Source: Octopus sinensis
Lineage: Eukaryota
Assembly (NCBI RefSeq): GCF_006345805.1
Contig: NW_021836717.1
Location: 1 to 22,798, forward strand
Reading direction: 5' to 3'
Length of the DNA stretch: 22,798 bases
Under the pieces are notes generated by a model. The model was not told where the DNA came from, searched no databases, and worked only from the letters and a program-made list of their open reading frames with translations. A program made the translations under genes and the position numbers. Positions 20,101-22,798 of the stretch are shown one piece after another (positions within the stretch are counted from its first letter, which is position 1; every line of letters starts with the position of its first letter).

Positions 20101-21117
20101 ATCTGGAGGAAAGTATGGCTGCACTTAGGATCACGATTTCACACAATGTCATTGTTTGGCTGTTTGCTTAAAGCAGCATGAGAGTGGGGTTTCGAACCTG
20201 CAACAGGCATACACGTTTTTCTACAGTTTAAGATGTAGCAACGACGGGTGATCCTTGTAGCAGGTGTTCTTTGAGTTACCACACACGCTAACATATTTTT
20301 ATAAGTTCATCTATTTCAAAGAATTTCCATTTGAAATATTTGGGCGAACATAGGCGTGCGCTAACATATATGTATGGAATACGTATGCATGATCTTGTGA
20401 ACATTAATGAAGCATACACACACACAAATATTCACACACAAACATACACGCACACGCACACACACACGCACACACACAGATAAACACACAAACACACACG
20501 CACACACACGTACGCATACGTACACACACACATACGCACACGTACACACGTTTACCAGCATTCGCTCACATATATGCATCTATTAACCAATTCAGAAACT
20601 GTGTACTGCAACAACTGACTTAAATTAAAAGTAAGTATCTCACCACTTTGTCAGTGATGGGCCTAAGTTCTGCAGGGGAAAAATTTAATTAATCCCAAAG
20701 GAATCATGCACAGATAAGACCTTGATATGCAGTAGTGATATGTTTATTACATTGCAGCTTAAAAGTTGCCTGCATGCAACTTAGGACCAAGATGTCCTCA
20801 CTAAGAACCCAGGGTACTGAAAATGAATAACTGTTCGGCTGACAACAAATATAATCTATGTGAAACGACAGCAAAGGACTTTAACAATATGATTGCCTGA
20901 GACATGCTGTGGAAGCTAGAACGGTTTGAAAGAGGCTGAGGAAGACAACAATGAAAACGAATAAACATGTATATACTGAGGGTGATGGATCGAAAGAATT
21001 TTGATGGAACCAGAAAAAATATATATTAAAAAAAAGACATTAAGCAAATTGAAACAGAGCCAACTGGATATTGGTGTCTGGAAACACTAACACCATATAT
21101 TTGTATGTATACACACA

Positions 21118-21156
<39 letters not shown>

Positions 21157-21169
21157 ATATGCATGTATG

Positions 21170-21203
<34 letters not shown>

Positions 21204-21236
21204 TCTATAATATATATGTTATATATATGTTTAATT

Positions 21237-21448
21237 ATGTGACAGCGTGCGTATCGTTGGCGATTTTCTTTCCTCCGTCTTCCTTTCCTTGGATCTTTCC
21301 TTTTCCTATGTTTCTGACAAAGAGCTCCGCTCGAAAAGTTAAATCCTCTTTCTTTCTTTCCTTTCCTGAGCGTCCAATAACACTACACTTGTTCCACCTC
21401 CCCGCGTTGTTGTGTCTTCTCTTTGTGTTTTCATGTTTGGATTAACTA
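21237..21448 (+). mobile_element. About 210-bp HHR-bearing element between (TA)n tracts, inverted homolog of 18799-19005
   Basis: Colinear match, e.g. gttggcgatttt, agagctccgctcgaaa, gagcgtccaataa, cgcgttgttgt, tgtttggattaacta. Confidence 0.85.
21310..21344 (+). ncRNA. Minimal hammerhead motif (G8A, C15.2A)
   Basis: gttt CTGACAA a gagc-tcc-gctc GAAA ag TT aaat. Confidence 0.65.
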
Positions 21449-22324
21449 TATATATTTAAACATACACACATATATTTATATATGCAACATGCGAACGTGT
21501 ATGCTTTTCATAGTGTTTTGTTGGTATCAAGTGATCAGATCTGGCTGGTCAAGAGATCTGATCACGTGACGCAAACGAACCTATAAAAATGCAGGAGGAA
21601 GACGATATCTACGGATCACTGTTGAGGAGTTTGCAAATCCGGTAGGCAAAATATTTCCAGTTTTATTTCCATTATTCTTTGGGCAAGTGGATATGCACCT
21701 ACTTATGTAAATGAAAGAAATGCCAAACTTCTATCACCAGAGACAAACAAGGGCAGCATAGTTCGTGCAGTACAGATGATGACACTGAGTAGGATAGAAA
21801 ATGAAAATAAAAATATCAGCAACTGATTCCTAAAATTGAAAGAATGAATTTGTTACGCATTGAATGATAAAGAAAACAAAACTCTTTTCTTCACAGCTCT
21901 CTCTCTGAGCCTGTGGTTGACCACATTAAACGTATATATCAAATTCTGCTTATGACAAATGAATATAGCAACGTCTAACACTTAGTGTATTTTGAATTGG
22001 GTTTACAAACCAATTAATTCTCGTCGACTCATCACATTCTAAGTGTTTATAAATATCTTTGCTTATATAGTGTCACGCTGCTTCATTTCTTTAATTGCTT
22101 AAACGATCAGCAACGTGACTCTCAAACTAACGATTCAAGAAGACTTAACTTATACAAACTCTATTCTCTATATCCAATACTATTTTCAGTGTCTGCTCAC
22201 ACAAAAGTACAAAATACACACACAGGCACACACACACACGCAGACACACGAAGGCAGACACACACATACACACACAGAGTGATGCACAGTTTTAAAGGAA
22301 GAAAGAGAGTGTGAATGTGTGAGT

Positions 22325-22427
22325 GTATGTATGTATGTATGTATGTATGTATGTATGTATGTATGTATGTATGTATGTATGTATGTATCTATCTATCTAT
22401 CTACCAATCTATCTGTGTGTGTGTGTG

Positions 22428-22500
<73 letters not shown>
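22325..22500. repeat. Compound (TATG)n/(TCTA)n/(TG)n microsatellite
   Basis: Direct reading. Confidence 0.95.
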
Positions 22501-22798
22501 GTTCGTATGTATACTCTTATGAATTATTGACCTCTATTTGTTCTGTTTGTTCCACACACATATGTTTGAGTGCTTGTTCGTATCTGTGTATGTGTGAATG
22601 CATGCAGACATATACATACATATACACATAGATACAAACATACACATACATAGACACACACAGAGACACAATCACACACCACACACACACACACACACAC
22701 AGACACATATACATACCTACATATACATATGCACAAACATTTCACACGCACAAGCATACGCTTTCCAATATGCTCGAACTGAAGGTGCCAAATATTGA

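Noticed and set aside
20596-20636. AG...GTAAGT-bounded 35-nt segment
   Set aside because: Stop codons in all three frames.
21595-21641. Possible 47-nt exon (GRRYLRITVEEFANP) ending at CCG|GTAGGC, and short ORF MQEEDDIYGSLLRSLQIR after tataaaa
   Set aside because: The acceptor has no pyrimidine tract, the TATA-like word is too close to the ATG, and no partner exon was found.

Overview
AT-rich, microsatellite-saturated eukaryotic non-coding DNA (intron or intergenic). The tRNA-derived SINE families and (TA)n/(TACA)n density suggest Octopus or another coleoid cephalopod; this is inference. No intact protein-coding gene is supported, and most ORFs in the track are translated microsatellites. The window is a nested transposon graveyard: several tRNA-derived SINEs, a mariner MITE (3491-3698), an internally deleted DD37D/maT-like Tc1/mariner element (17548-18382), decayed LINE RT fragments, an RLE-type (R4/Dong-like) retroelement split by a SINE dimer, and Penelope-like (PLE) coding relics. 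The main result is a set of hammerhead-ribozyme (HHR) motifs of the PLE type: five clear ones (11786, 12608, 13509, 18900, 21310) from about four short-element families, plus weaker remnants. Four of the five sit in elements embedded in microsatellites. The fifth is in a complete tRNA-Ser-headed SINE with a 15-bp TSD and a 5' fold-back palindrome. Every genomic copy carries core substitutions, so catalytic activity is inferred only for family consensus sequences.
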